Shown here in pieces: positions 44,501 through 56,608 of a stretch of DNA of 64,000 nucleotides (positions are counted from its first letter, which is position 1; each line of letters starts with the position of its first letter). The notes under the pieces were generated by a model. That model was given only the letters and a program-made list of their open reading frames with translations, did not search any database and was not told where the DNA came from. The position numbers were made by a program, and so were the translations under genes. The DNA is from Strigamia acuminata (lineage: Eukaryota): the NCBI GenBank assembly GCA_949358305.1, contig OX442314.1, forward strand, positions 29,016,001-29,080,000, given 5' to 3'.

Positions 44501-46767
44501 TTAGTGGTCACTCTGTTTTCTTTCACAACTGGCCGATGGGGCATGTAATAAATGGGGCCCGTCATGTCACTTGGCTGTAGTGTCTCTACAATTCCCTGCT
44601 CCAGTTGGGCATCAATTACCTTTTTATACTCGAGGTACAGGTCCAGTTGTTTTCGAAAGCGACGTATTAAATTTAAAAATCTTTGCTCCGCAACTTGCCT
44701 GTTGTCTTCGAGTTTCGTTGGGTTAACTACCCATGGCAGCTCCACTTGATAATGGTCGCCTGTCCATCTGATGCTATTTTCGAAATTTTTCAAAACTTCC
44801 TTGTCATCAGGTTGACTCAGCGACTCATGTTGGATGCCAAGGGCTTCCAATTCCCAAAATTTGCGCAGTATTTCGTCACTTGATGGGATGATTCGAATTT
44901 GGTTTGCACGGTGTGTTGGGGTTGCTATGAGTTGAACTCCATTTGTTGTTTGGCCGTGCAGTGTCCACCCCAGCATCGTTTCAACCGCTATCAAATTGTC
45001 TTCGATGACCTCCGTACGCTGTGTCATTAGCTTCCAGTAATTGTCTGTACCAATGAGAAGTGCAATTTTATCTGAGTGCAGTACGGCTTGCCTGTAATGC
45101 ACGTCGATATTTTTCTTCTTTAATTCGTGCATCAGTTTGTCATTTGGGACTTCTGTCGGAGTTGACGTCATTTTTGTTGACTCGATCGCTATTATTTCTA
45201 TCGTTTGGGACGCGTCAGTGGTTGATTGTAAACTAACTCGTACTTGGCGACACACTTCAGATGTCGGATCCTGTGCAAAAACTTCAAGGTTTAATTTTTC
45301 AGTGCCCACCTGTTTTAGTTGAAGTTTCCTTGAAATATCGGTCCGAATAAATGTTTTTTGTGCGCCTCCATCGAAGAAAGCGATGCCAGTCGTTGATTCG
45401 TTTCTCCCATGAAGATTTGTCATTGCTATTTTCAGAAATTCGAATTCGGGTTCCTTTTTGGTTATTACTGCACTCGCATGGCTGATTTTTTGGTTTTCTT
45501 TGGTCGGTTCCTTCTCGATGCATACGTATGTGTGGTGCTCCCCTTCGCAGCGATAACATTTCATCTTTGTCCTACAATCTTCGGTTTTGTGAGGTACGCG
45601 TCCTAAACACTTCAAACAGATGTTTTTCATTTTTAATTTTTCTCTACGCTCCTCTCCGGTTAGTGGGCAAATTTTCCTATCATGCTGTTTTGAGTTGCAA
45701 AATTGACACAATTTTATAGTCACCGATAGCACCGCCAATGAACTTTCGCGAGTAGATTTTCCCCTTTTTTCAAACTTTTTCTTCTTGTCCGAGTGTTTCT
45801 CCGTGTTGTTCGGTTGATTTGGCCTTGCACTCGGATTTGTTGGCTTCGCTTGGGTAATCATCATTTCGTATTTTGCCTCCTTTATGACGAATTCCTGTAA
45901 CCATGACATTAATAACGCAACAGATCGCTCACCATTGTTCATTCGATCGTATTCGCGAATGAGGCTTCTCGGTAGAGCCGCTGCTAAAGCTGGAAATAAT
46001 GTTCGTTTATATTCATCCAATACCACGCCAATATTGTTTAGATTTTCGATATTAATTTCGACAAATCTATGCAGTTTTTGGAGTCCTTGGTAGTCCTTAT
46101 CGTCCTTTACTGCAGGTAAAACGGTCAAATTACTCAAAAACCTGTTTTCCAAGATGATTTTGTCGCCATATTTCTTTTTCAGTCGTTCAATAGCAGTGGT
46201 ATAATTTTGCGCGGTTATTTCGAGCGCACGGATGTCATCTAGGGCTTCTCCTACTAAATAATTTCGTAAATGTAATAATTTATGTTCATTATTCAACGTT
46301 GGATCGTCCCCATATTGCACTCCAAAAGTTTTCCAAAAACTAGTCCAGTCTTCCGGTCTTTTTCCATCAAATATCGGCACTTCTAACGCTTTCCTCTTGA
46401 TTGTTGATTGAGCGTTGTGTACGAGTGCAGCAGCAACGATGGGAGGCGGAATTGGAGCGGGTGCATGATGTTTATTGTTGTAATTTTTTATGGAATTTCT
46501 TACTGTTACAAGGCGGTCTTCTAATGCGTCCATTCCGTCAGTGTTCTCGTCGATTTCGGTGTCCGTTTTGGCGAGGTCCATAACGATTTCAAACGCCTTT
46601 TTCACCCGCTCTATTTTTGCATCAAGTTGGTCATTCCATACGGTGAGTGTGTCCTTGGGGACCGTCTGCGCGCCGGTTAAACTTTCAGTCACTGTGCCCA
46701 TCAGGGTTTCACTCACCCTAATTGCAGCAGTGAAAGCTCTTCTCTTCAACTCGTAATTTCTAACCAT
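41557..46767 (-). CDS. BEL/Pao Gag-Pol polyprotein, 1736 aa
   Basis: Three Cys/His knuckles, FDGGAQ protease, KLRIVFDAS and YMDD RT, FCDAS RNase H, GVDFAGP/SDNG/WERMV integrase, W..W..EYL C-terminal motif. Confidence 0.97.
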   Translation of the reverse strand: MVRNYELKRRAFTAAIRVSETLMGTVTESLTGAQTVPKDTLTVWNDQLDAKIERVKKAFEIVMDLAKTDTEIDENTDGMDALEDRLVTVRNSIKNYNNKHHAPAPIPPPIVAAALVHNAQSTIKRKALEVPIFDGKRPEDWTSFWKTFGVQYGDDPTLNNEHKLLHLRNYLVGEALDDIRALEITAQNYTTAIERLKKKYGDKIILENRFLSNLTVLPAVKDDKDYQGLQKLHRFVEINIENLNNIGVVLDEYKRTLFPALAAALPRSLIREYDRMNNGERSVALLMSWLQEFVIKEAKYEMMITQAKPTNPSARPNQPNNTEKHSDKKKKFEKRGKSTRESSLAVLSVTIKLCQFCNSKQHDRKICPLTGEERREKLKMKNICLKCLGRVPHKTEDCRTKMKCYRCEGEHHTYVCIEKEPTKENQKISHASAVITKKEPEFEFLKIAMTNLHGRNESTTGIAFFDGGAQKTFIRTDISRKLQLKQVGTEKLNLEVFAQDPTSEVCRQVRVSLQSTTDASQTIEIIAIESTKMTSTPTEVPNDKLMHELKKKNIDVHYRQAVLHSDKIALLIGTDNYWKLMTQRTEVIEDNLIAVETMLGWTLHGQTTNGVQLIATPTHRANQIRIIPSSDEILRKFWELEALGIQHESLSQPDDKEVLKNFENSIRWTGDHYQVELPWVVNPTKLEDNRQVAEQRFLNLIRRFRKQLDLYLEYKKVIDAQLEQGIVETLQPSDMTGPIYYMPHRPVVKENRVTTKLRIVFDASSHKRGQLSLNDCLSKGTNFLPSIIFVLLGFRLHEVAMVSDIRKAFYMIEIAEKDRDATRFLWIEDSWDGIGKAVIRILRQTRVLFRAAPSPFLLSATIKHHIQKFKHEYPLAFELLNKFLYMDDFITSLINEMEAIEVFQQSRRMLDSAGMQLIKWQSNSDNLRKLFRREIPSDAQLTDDDNTKILGLKWKPKMDTLGLDVENTTNQKTKQVTKREVIKITAQIFDPLGFASPFTITARIFFQSLWLRNLPWDEQLPEELEDNWKKWANQISNLARMEIPRFMHGSNPNNCEIHIFCDASPKAYGAVAYLKKKEEVSNNIFFIFSKSRVAPVKQLTLPKLELMGAIVAVKMAAQIRELMGNPPIHFWTDSQICFHWITNMGKRAPTFINNRVIEIREKSNIEMWRHIAGVDNPADRLTRGLDADALIADQLWWKGPTWLKGDEAEWPNNEIEFADSEDEQTEPVHVETSQINCIEIDIKKFGSFQKLYRVRGWINRFIHNTRCGKQKDNRQEGPLTADELQQAQLDLIITAQHQFYGAEMRRLSEQKPLPTESKLRNLNLFVDQQGVLRLKTRLQNSHDFNTSIKPIVLPPKDILTNLILLFCHSRVLHCGLTATLAHFREKYWTSSARRTLKSLLAKCVTCKRVQGKLMSEVPGQLPSDRISRCQPFAVTGVDFAGPILIRGKKTKAYIALFTCATIRAVHLELVPSLNTEDFIGAFERFISRRGIPHTIYSDNGTTFRRMDRELAALLIGSKDHELRNYFSEKGINWKFIVEHAPWWGGFWERMVKTVKNCLKKIIGPASLNFFQLGTFLTQVEAVVNARPITYIYETPDEPLPLTPAHFFTGKRLTTLPDSAHSTLQPTQIEFVKQWKHRQKILMAFWMRWSREYLVELKTQSSRANRVDIRVNDVVSIEELFKPRLKWKLARVTDVGLGRDGKIRSCELITKDGTKMRRPIQRLVNLEVTPSNSPAGL

Positions 46768-46785
46768 TTTTTGATAGTGGGGTAT

Positions 46786-46803
46786 TCCCGGGTTTCGGCA
46801 CCA
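46786..46803 (-). promoter_or_regulatory. Primer-binding site, tRNA-Phe
   Basis: Minus strand TGGTGCCGAAACCCGGGA, 2 nt after the 5' LTR. Confidence 0.9.
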
Positions 46804-48000
46804 AATTTAAAATCTGTGATTATAAATTATTGTTCTGAAGGTGTGATGAAATATAAATGTCAAAAATGGTGTAGAGAGTTGAAAAAACACGACTGCTCAG
46901 CTCGCAAATGTAATGTACACTAGGGTGACTCTTTTATTACCCTCTGAAAACATACAGTATATACAAAGAAGCTCCCATTGGAGCAAACACTCCTAACTTT
47001 ATTGCCCCAGCCACATTCCAAAGTTGGGGGCTGAGGCCAAACTTGTGCAAATAGGAAATAAAATATAACATAATTAATTATTATCTAAATACTATAAAAT
47101 AAAGATTAGTAATACTAAATATTATAAAGTTAAATCAAATCAAAACAAAATACAAATATTGAATATAATACTTAAAATAGATAACACAAAATAGAATGAA
47201 ATAAAATACAATAAAATAACTCATTAAAGGGAAAGTGAAAGAAATTATAAAATGATGAAAATAACACGTGTAAAACGGTCAGTTTTCACAATATTCATTC
47301 TAATTTTCAAAAGAATTTTACGTCAATAATTACTTGTGCAGTAAACAACTTCAGGTCTCACGTCAGGTGAGTGCGCTGAATTTTATTCCTTGCTCCTTCA
47401 AGTTCTTCTGTATATTACTTGACCAATTGCACGAGCCGTTCTTGTTCCTACATGAGGCATATATGTTGGTGTACTTGTGGTTAGGTATGATTAGTAGTAA
47501 GTGAAATACGCCACACCACACACTTTAGGCCAGTACAGCGCAGATTTGGCCCGGACTGCCGGTAAATCTCGTTTTTACCAGCACATTTCAATGAGAAATC
47601 AAACAAAAGAAGCTTTAAAAACGAATTTAGATGCCCAAAATGTTAGAAATTGGCCTAAATATCTCTAAACTCACACAAAGTTTAATAATAACTGTCAGAA
47701 AATCTATAAAACTCAAATTTCTGGTCCAAATTTGTCACCTATACCAACATGCCATTATAAGCTTTGCAACTTTATAAATTCTCAGAAATTGGTAAGTGAC
47801 TTACTGTAAGTGACTGTCAAATATTTTTTAATTAATTCCAATTTTTTAAGAATATTGACAATTTTAATTACCAGTAGTAACTGATATATAAAATTATATT
47901 TTAAGGTCTGTTCTTCATTCTTGTCAACTCTGACAGGTGTGTTCTCTCCTGTCACTGGTCATCAACTGAGCCCATTCAACTGAGTTCTACATTTGCAATT

Positions 48001-49315
48001 ATGCTGCAATCAAAGTGGTACCGAGTTAAACTTCAACGAAAAGTATTCACACGAAAACGGAGCAAGAAAACAAAAGTCAGACCGGTCAAACCCGAAAACC
48101 AAGACAAGAAGATCGATTTTTTGGGACTGAACAAATTGTTTGATCAATCACACAGTGCATTTTTTAAATTTGTTTGGTGTCTAATCGTCGTGTCATGCTT
48201 CACTAGCTGTTTCATTCAAATCTATATCCGAGTGAGCTACAACTTGGATGGGGCAATTACACTGGAAGTTGAGTCAAGACCACAATCATCGTTTTTATTT
48301 CCATCGATCACCATCTGCAGCATGCATTTGTATTTCCTGTTAGTGCAATTTCAATTTGATACCGCGAGTGTGGTTGGAATTAAAAACCCAGACGCTCTCA
48401 AGTTATTCAACACCAACATTGACGGATTGTGGACTACACTGGGTAAAATAAATCCAAAGGACTTTCGCGTAACGAGAGTGGTAAGTATAAGTACGATATT
48501 TGTAGTAATAAATGATTATCCGGCATTCAAAGCCTACTAAAAACGTGATAAAATGTGCTCCGAATTCTTATGTTCTCATCCATTCGATCATTGATTTTGC
48601 TAGAACAGGGTTTCAAAATAATTCAGAACTTGTTTCAAAGTCAATAATTAAGATTCTAGAGTGGTCAGCCCAGTAATCAGACCTCAATCTAATTGAGCCG
48701 CTACGACAGTACTGTACCTCTAAATGACACTGGAGATAATAAAACCAAAAATTACAAATTATCTTGCTAGTGAAAACGCCGACCTAAAGGTGGAAACACA
48801 AGGAAGCGGGTAAAATTCCAAAGCTTGCTTTTACTTGAAAAAGCGGCTAAAAACTCGCCCGCTTGAGCAAACACAAGCTTGCGTTTTTATTCGAAGCTTT
48901 GTTTTGAAGCGAGCTTGTACTCACCCGCTCCGATCAAACTGAGTTTGATTTACCAGCTTCAAGCTTGCTGGTGTTTTGGTCATGTGACTTTGACAGCCAA
49001 TCAGAATCGTGAGGAAATTCTTGGAGGAGATTTTGGCGGGAATTTCTGGCTAGCTATAGCTACCTAGCTAGCTTGAGTTTGCCAGTTAAGCTGGTAAGCC
49101 AAAAGCGGGTCAAGTGAGCTTGTAAATGACTCCTTCTTTAAACTTGTACTAGCAAGCTTTGGAATTTTACCCGCTCCCCTGTGTTTTCACCTTTAGACGT
49201 CATTTCATTAAACTATATTTTCTATTTTACCAGGTGAACTACGTACCACTTTCCGAGAACGTGACAACTAAGCATACGAAAACAATAATTGGGGATTGTG
49301 TGACACTTACTCCAG
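48001..49315 (+). pseudogene. DEG/ENaC-family gene copy A, only exons 48001-48480 and 49234-49315 found (apparently 3'-truncated)
   Basis: TM1, FPSITIC and a GDCVTL exon with GT/AG ends; homologous to copies B and C. No further exons seen before copy B. Confidence 0.7.
48788..49192. mobile_element. MITE with ~42-bp TIRs in intron 1 of copy A
   Basis: AGGTGGAAACACAAGGAAGCGGGTAAAATTCCAAAGCTTGCT and its imperfect inverse at 49151-49192; flanks TAA / TTA. Confidence 0.75.
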
Positions 49316-49555
49316 GTAATGGTTTTCATTGTATTTAATTCACGGGTTCCACCAGGTGGCGCTCGGGTGTGCTTACAGTTTCCCTTAATTCATACTTCCA
49401 GTCCACAGCTCTTAAAAATGAGTCTTTTTTATTTTATTTTTTTATAATGTGTAGTATGACCTGTTCTAGGCTTGACGAAGCCCAAATTTTAATTTGTTTT
49501 TATGCTTAATTAATTTTGGGAAAAAACATACAAAATTACTCAAACCGGAAGTTGA

Positions 49556-49556
49556 A

Positions 49557-49582
<26 letters not shown>
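49556..49582. repeat. (AC)n microsatellite
   Basis: About 13 AC units. Confidence 0.9.
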
Positions 49583-49587
<5 letters not shown>

Positions 49588-50030
49588 TTCAAGTCAAGTT
49601 AAATAAAAGCCTTTAAAAACAAAACCGATCGTGACTTTTGGCCCACGCTGTACAATAGTGATTTGCATTGGTTGATGCAGACACAACAATTATCACTTCT
49701 CTATTCTGAATTTTATATACATGGTCATGGAAAAAGTTGACTCAAAAATCGATTAAAAGAATTGATCATATGAGCACAAAAAATTAATGTTATAAAAGTA
49801 CTATAAAACTTGCTGATTTATGCAATAATAAAATTATGTTTATATTGTCATGGTTTTGTACATGAATAAGAGGAATCAATTAGCACTAAATCAACGTTTA
49901 TGACAGTTTGTTGAACAGTGTCTTCCGCTTGCTCTTAACGTTGCATCTTAATTTGTAATTTATGACTTGTTGACAAAAACTGAACCTATTTGCCATTTCT
50001 AAAAGTGTACTCCACTACGCTGCAACTAAA

Positions 50031-53003
50031 ATGGTTCGTCAAGGAAAATTATTTACTCGCACATGCAACGTGAGACGACAAGTCAGACCAAAAAAAGTCA
50101 GGTATGGAAAACAACCTATTCAAAGACTTCAAACTGATTTTTTAGGATTGAACAAATTGTGTGATCAATCACACAGTGTATTTTTGAAATTGGTTTGGTT
50201 TCTACTTGTCGTGGCTTGCTTCACTGCTTGTTTGGTACAAATTTACGCGCGTGTAATCGATTTCTTAGATGGGCCAATTACGCAGGAAGTAGAATTTCGA
50301 CCACAAACATCTTTTTTATTTCCTTCGGTCACTATATGCAATTTGCATATGCGTAATCTAATGAGTGATATAAGATATAACCGAAACTCTATGGACAATA
50401 AGACACGTAACTTAATCAACAGCGATGTCGACGAATTATGGACTACATTAGGTAGAATAAATCTCGACCGCTTTTGCGCCGTAAGTAAAATTAAAGTGCA
50501 TTTTCATAAGTGTTGGCAACAAAATCAGTAACAGTTTAATCCAATTATTTATATCTCAGAAAACAGCACACTTGGTCGGATGTGGTAAACAACTTTTTGA
50601 GATAATGACAGCAAACCCTGTTAATACAGTAGCTGGAAATTGTATGGTGTTTAATCTGAGTAATACCAAAATTAAATCAAATTCTTGTGAATGTTAATGT
50701 GACAAAGATTCTACAGGCTAGTTAGTATATTTCATGTGTATTGCCCGAAACAATCGCCACTCTTCAATCAGACCGATAGCAAATTTTTTTCACCCGAGTG
50801 CTGGTGACACACTACGCGTTTTGCGACGCGATTCGCGCCGTGAAGCGATTTTGACGTCACGAAAAATGACGTCACATCCGGTTTTAATCGCGTGGCTGTA
50901 CTTTTGCGGCGCGATTTTGATAGTACATGCACCATGTACTATTTTGGTCGGCGATTTCGATCGCAGCCAATCCGGTGAGACCAGGTCTCACCTGATTGGC
51001 TGTAATCAAAATAAAAATAATTCCGGTTTTTTTAAAAATAAAAACGTTGCCCTCATGTTTCCCACATTTTGCATTGGCAGTATTAAGCCTAATATTAGGC
51101 CTAATACAGAGATCAGCATCGGGTACCCGTACCCGTAACCGTAACCGTACCCGCCCGTACCCTACGGGTACGGGCGGGTAACGGTTACAGATCTCCCGAG
51201 ACTAACGGTTACGCGTCGGGTACGTTTTTTCGACGTTCGCAACGTGGTGCTAACATCGTACTTTATACTATAAAAATGTTAGCGCCATGTTGCGAATTAT
51301 CACAACACCATAGACCACACGTCACACGACAACACGAACACGTCTAACTCGAACACGAAACGAACCGAATCGACGTGATTGCGATCGGGTATGGGTATGG
51401 GTAGGGTAGGGTAAATATACGGGTACGGTTAGGTTAGGGTAGGGTAGGGTAGGGTATGGGTAGGAAATTTTAAGGGGGGGGCGGGTAAAGGGCGGGTAAC
51501 GGGTAGAATTTTTACGACAATGCTGATCTCTGGCCTAATATTGCTAAAAATAAGGTAAACAAATAAAAACAGTTTGGTACTATGCTGTGATTTACTTCTA
51601 ATAATGAGTTTATTGTTGTTTATTTTCTTTATTTTAGCATTATTAGGCCTAACATTAGGCTTAATACTGCTAAATAACATCTGGAATTAGATAATCCTTT
51701 CCGCAGATGTCGATAAAAATAAGAAACTGGAGATTGTTGTGTTCCTAAAATCAGCAGTTGTCAGCTATTTTCATTTGCATCGCATCGCATTGCACCTAGT
51801 GTGTCATACCTGGCGAAATAGCTGGGCGATTCGCCTAGCGATGCTATCGCCTGTCACGTGGTCGCGGCGCGAATCGCGTTGCAAAACGCCTAGTGTGTCA
51901 CCAGCATAACGACAGGGCTGGACTGGGAACAAATTTATTGCCGGTAAATCTGGGTGTCCGGGCCACAATTAATGAAGTCGGGACAGGCCACAGCAGGCCG
52001 CGACAGACCACAGCGGCCACGGGCCAATCCAGCACTGCCTAACGATCCTGTAGAAACATGTTCGCAATAACGTTTATACAGTAGTCAGGAATTCGATTAA
52101 ATAGCAATTATACGATTGCAGATAAGAAAATGGAGTACAAAGGTCCATTCACTTTTCTTAGTTTGGGCTGGAAAACCGTTGACACTCCCTATTCAGCACC
52201 AAATATCTTTGTAAGGTTAAAAGAAAATAAAAATCAGAAAATGAAATATAAAATGTCACATTCACCTTGCAGTTTTCTCTCCATGGTGATGCATTCCGGC
52301 ATGTCTATGACGGCCTTCTAGTATCTGAAGTAGCCAAAGTCAATTTTCATACACACTACCGAATATATGAAAAAGAGGTGCAGTAACACAATTAAAAAAT
52401 AAACGAATGCTTTCCAATATGAATCCAAATTTTAGTTTAAGAATTTGAATTTACCTCGCAATCCCTGTGCACCAGCAGAAGAAGTTACAAGCTGCATAAC
52501 TAATTGCTTAGACAAATTATTAGAAGAGAAGTTAACTTGTAGGTAAGATTCCGATGCATGTAGGTTAGAACTGTTTCATCCGGATGTGGATGTAATCTCT
52601 CACTTTCTTTGCCAGATTACCTTTTTTCAATTCCACGCTACCACGGTGCACCAGTTTTAATGAAATGAAGGAAGCATTTTCGGTTGGTTGGGAAGCAGCA
52701 ATCAACATGGTCGAAAATGTTAAACCTTGTCACTGTAAGCGTAAATGTAACGAGATCAAATACACATTGAATATGGAAACGCAAAAAAAAATTGATAAAT
52801 CATACATATGGTTGTTTTTCCGTTATTCAGCGGAAACACACGAAACGATTACAGAGCGACAAATTTTCTCGCTTTCAGCTTTGTTCAGTGAAATTGGTGG
52901 AACCCTCGGTCTATACCTTGGCATCAGCATTTTCACAATTGTTGATCTCTTTAGCTTTCTTGCCCGACTTTCAATTTCCAAGTTTAAACGCTTTCTAAAA
53001 TGA
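50031..53003 (+). CDS. DEG/ENaC (pickpocket/ASIC-like) channel subunit, copy B, 412 aa; exons 50031-50480, 50560-50659, 52122-52210, 52273-52377, 52436-52542, 52616-53003
   Basis: GT-AG junctions give a 1239-nt open frame; TM1, FPSVTICN, GNCMVFN, Cys-rich thumb, CHCKRKC, EIGGTLGLYLGIS TM2. Confidence 0.88.
50800..51905. mobile_element. Non-autonomous TIR element (possibly Harbinger-like) in intron 2 of copy B
   Basis: ~40-bp TIRs GCTGGTGACACACTACGCGTTTTGCGACGCGATTCGCGCC; absent from copy C; TSD not clean. Confidence 0.75.
51107..51532. mobile_element. hAT-type MITE, nested
   Basis: 13-bp TIR CAGAGATCAGCAT; 8-bp TSD GCCTAATA (51099-51106 / 51533-51540). Confidence 0.9.
51913..52037. mobile_element. 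Short hAT-type MITE
   Basis: CAGGGCTGGACTGG...CCAATCCAGCACTG; flanks CATAACGA / CCTAACGA; copy C has a single CCTAACGA. Confidence 0.75.
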
Positions 53004-53360
53004 TTAATACGGCTAAGTTAAGCTTTCAGTAAGCCGCATCACATCAAGATCAATCTCACCACTACCATATTAGGAATGATAAAAATAAAACCTCTAGTAG
53101 GGTTTAATACATATTGAGGTTTGAATGTAAATGGGTTTTCTTTTGGATAGAACGACTCCTCCACCAGCACTTGGCTTCTTCACGCATCAGAAAAGAGTCC
53201 CAAAAACTATTCAATTAATTGAAAAAGAGCACTTTAGAGCACTCCTATACTATCAATTAATGGATTGTATTGTGTATAATTCAAGGTACAATCATATATG
53301 CAAACATTATCTAAAATTGTAATTCTCACATGTCATTTGTCCGTATATATTTACTAATGG

Positions 53361-54465
53361 CATAGAGTAAGGGATAGAAAGAGTCGGCACTCTCCCGTTT
53401 TTGGCGCAATCAGGCCACGCCTCCAATCGACACTAGCGCTCGCAGTGGTGGAGCTGCTACGAACAGCTTCAGATCAATGTGCGACTATTGCGATTATTGC
53501 AATTATTGGCCAAATTGACATAATTGGACAATGACATCTCTAAAGAGCAATGGGCATTATTGCAGTGCCTACAACTCATCAGTATTTGAATAAAAAATCA
53601 TTAATTTTGGCCAATTTGAATTGAAAATCATTAATTTTGACAAATATGGATTAAAAATAATCAGTTTTTGATCAGAATAGAGCAAAAGTTAGCAGTTTTT
53701 GATGAGAATTGAGCAAAATTCAGCAGTTTTTGATCAGAATTGAGCAAAATTCAGCAGTTTTTGACCAATTTTGATCAAAATTTATCAGCTTTTGACCAAT
53801 TTTGATCAAAATTTATCAGCTTTTGACCAATTTTGATCAAAATTTATCAAGTTTCGACCAATTTAAGCCAAAATTCATTATTTTATGACCAATTTGGTTC
53901 AAAATTCATTATTTTATTACTAATTTCGTTCAAAATTCATTGTTTTATTACTAATTTGGTCTAAAATTCATCATTTTATGACCAAAACAGCTAAAAGAAA
54001 TTCATCAGACTTCACTGAAATGGAGTGAAGTTCACTCCATTTTTTACCAAAATAAAGCCAAATTAGTTTGCTTGGATTCTGTTGTTGTACCTCTTTTAAT
54101 TAAATATTACTCATTACCTATTTTAACCTATTCAACTTATTTTAACTACATGTGTAAACAGATGATATTAAAACTTGAGTCCATTATATCTGTCTCTCAA
54201 CATATTTCTGTTCTGGAATAAAATAAAATTGTTATTTTTAATAAATATCTTAAAAATAACATAAAACCTTAATTTTTCTAATGGATATTTGGACATTTAC
54301 GGCTCAAATACCCTGCTAGCTAGTAGCTGAGCCACACAATCAGCAGCTCAACCACACGAGGGCGCCACCGTCAATATGACGTTTCTGACGCAACAATGAT
54401 TGCACTACCGGTAACTACAAAGGTTCCGACAAAGAGTGCCGACTCTTTCTATCCCTTACTCTATG
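53361..54465. mobile_element. Non-autonomous DNA transposon with CATAG termini (P-superfamily-like) and internal ~30-bp tandem repeats
   Basis: 33-bp TIR CATAGAGTAAGGGATAGAAAGAGTCGGCACTCT; 7-bp TSD CTAATGG. Confidence 0.85.
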
Positions 54466-55625
54466 CTAATGGGTACCTATCCTAATTGGGCAGTTTAATG
54501 CATTTTATTCAACTAGATGAGAGGATCATTTTGATGGTTATTTGAATAAATTTCCTACTGTACCGGTAGTTACACAATAGAAATTTTATGCCATTTTTTT
54601 AAACTTGTACTTTTCAGTTAAATATTCTCAAATTGTATGTCTTTGTTCGTATGTTTCTGCATAATACAATGTAGGAAGTAAAGTTAATGAAATAAATGAA
54701 TTAAATGATTCATTATTGAACGCGCCTGAGTATCCAGATCCTGTTGATCAGGATTTTTAGAATTCCTGTATCCATGGATCTCATTGGAGATTAGATTAGA
54801 TTAAAGATGATGATGAGATGAAGAAATCAAAGATGGACGACCATTAATGATTGTGTAGTTTAAATCTGTGTCTTTTATTCAAGAGTTCACTAGATGGCGC
54901 TGTCAATCAAATATCACAATACAGTCTGGCAAAACAATTACGTTTATTGTAAAGTGGTCTTGAGAAGTAACCGTTTCTATCTAACTTTAATCAGGATCGA
55001 TCCCAAATCGACGTCATACGACTTATCTCGACTCATAATCAATTTTACAAAGAAATGATCAAATATTTATTTGAATTTGTATCAACACTTTCTATGACAT
55101 TACAAACTGGACAGAATATCAATATTCCACATGTCTTTCCTGGTCAGGTTGTGGTAATCCCAAATTACCATAAATAAAAGGAATATCCTTAATGTTGTAA
55201 TTTAATAATAAAATATTAAAGTAATCAAAGAGGGATCACAGGATGTAGCCCCTATGATTTTGGTGAGAACAGGAAAAATCTGGGCTACAGGAAATGCTAC
55301 ATCCTGTTAGCAAGGAGGATAATCCTCAGATTGCAACCAACACTTGAACCAGCAACAACTTGAAAAACACAGTGTAAAAACTGGCGTTTTAAAGGGACGC
55401 GCCAATTGGAGGGAATTGCAGGTGGCGCCATGTTTGGCCACCAGAGGGTCACTTCGGTGACCCACTATGTAAACGGGTTGTTCTATTTTCAATGTATAAA
55501 GGGGGAACGAAATGATAAATTAGCATATCCTGTTTAATAAAATACTCACTGTTCAATGTAACCCCTGTGCGTACCCGTGCTTCTTTTTCCAATCTCCAAA
55601 TTCAGTTTAAATCCTGTGCCATCGG

Positions 55626-56608
55626 CAGTGTTGTATCAAACGCAAACTATTAGTTCGCGTTCGCAAACTAAGTTCGTTAGTTCGCGAACGAAGATCGCAA
55701 ACTAGTTCACTTTTCTAAGTGAACAAAAAAAACAAACTTAGTTCGTTTTTTAAAGCGAACGTGAACGAAGTTCGCGTTCACTTTGGGGCCCGACTACCGG
55801 TAATTGTCGGACGTTAGCTGTCGATTGTCGGCCGGACGTTTTTGCCTCTCGCGCCCGTCAACCGTCGATTGGCGGGCGTTAGCCGTCGATTGGCGGGTGT
55901 TAGCTGTCGATTGTTGGCCGGACCTTTTCGCCTCTCGCGCCCGTCGATTGTCGATTGTTGGCCGGACGTTTTCGGCTTTATTTACTTTATTTACAGAATA
56001 AAAGCATTTGAAAATTTTATTACACTTGTGTTTCTAGTTTTATTACACTTGTGTTTCTAGTTTTATTACACTTGTGTTTCTAGTTTTATTACACTTGTGT
56101 TTCTAGTTTTATTACACTTGTGTTTCTAGTTTTATTACACTTGTGTTTCTAGTTTTATTACACTTGTGTTTGCAGTGACTTTTAATTTTTTAATACTAGT
56201 GTAATAAAATTTTAAAATACATTTATTCTGTAAATAACACTTTTTTAATTAACATAACATTATTTTATTTACAAATTATAATAAAAATCATCAAACCAAA
56301 TCATCAAATAAAATAACATTAAACATTAAACGACGGGCACGAGAGCCGAAAACGTCCGGCCAACAATCGACAATCGACGGGCGCGAGAGGCGAAAACGTC
56401 CGGCCGACGTTTTATGTGACAGCCAATCAGAAAATTTTGAAAATTTTGAAAAGTGAACTGAACTATTGGTTCAAGTTTGCGAACTAGAACTTAGTTCACT
56501 TTGAAAAATTTTTTAGTGAACGAGAACTAGAACTAGTTCAGTAAGTTCACACGGTGATGAACGCGAACTTGAACTAGTTCGCGATTTGGTGAACGAGATA
56601 CAACACTG
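55626..56608. mobile_element. hAT-type non-autonomous element containing a 23-bp minisatellite (~56015-56174)
   Basis: 12-bp TIR CAGTGTTGTATC; 8-bp TSD GCCATCGG; unit TTTTATTACACTTGTGTTTCTAG about 7 times. Confidence 0.9.

Larger units (their letters stand above)
41077..47290 (-). mobile_element. Full-length BEL/Pao LTR retrotransposon, 6214 bp
   Basis: 485-bp LTRs at 41077-41561 and 46806-47290 (offset 5729); 5-bp TSD ATATT (41072-41076 / 47291-47295); single polyprotein ORF. Confidence 0.97.

Noticed and set aside
51385..51465. Telomere-like GGGTA/GGTTA repeats
   Set aside because: Short, irregular and internal to a hAT MITE.
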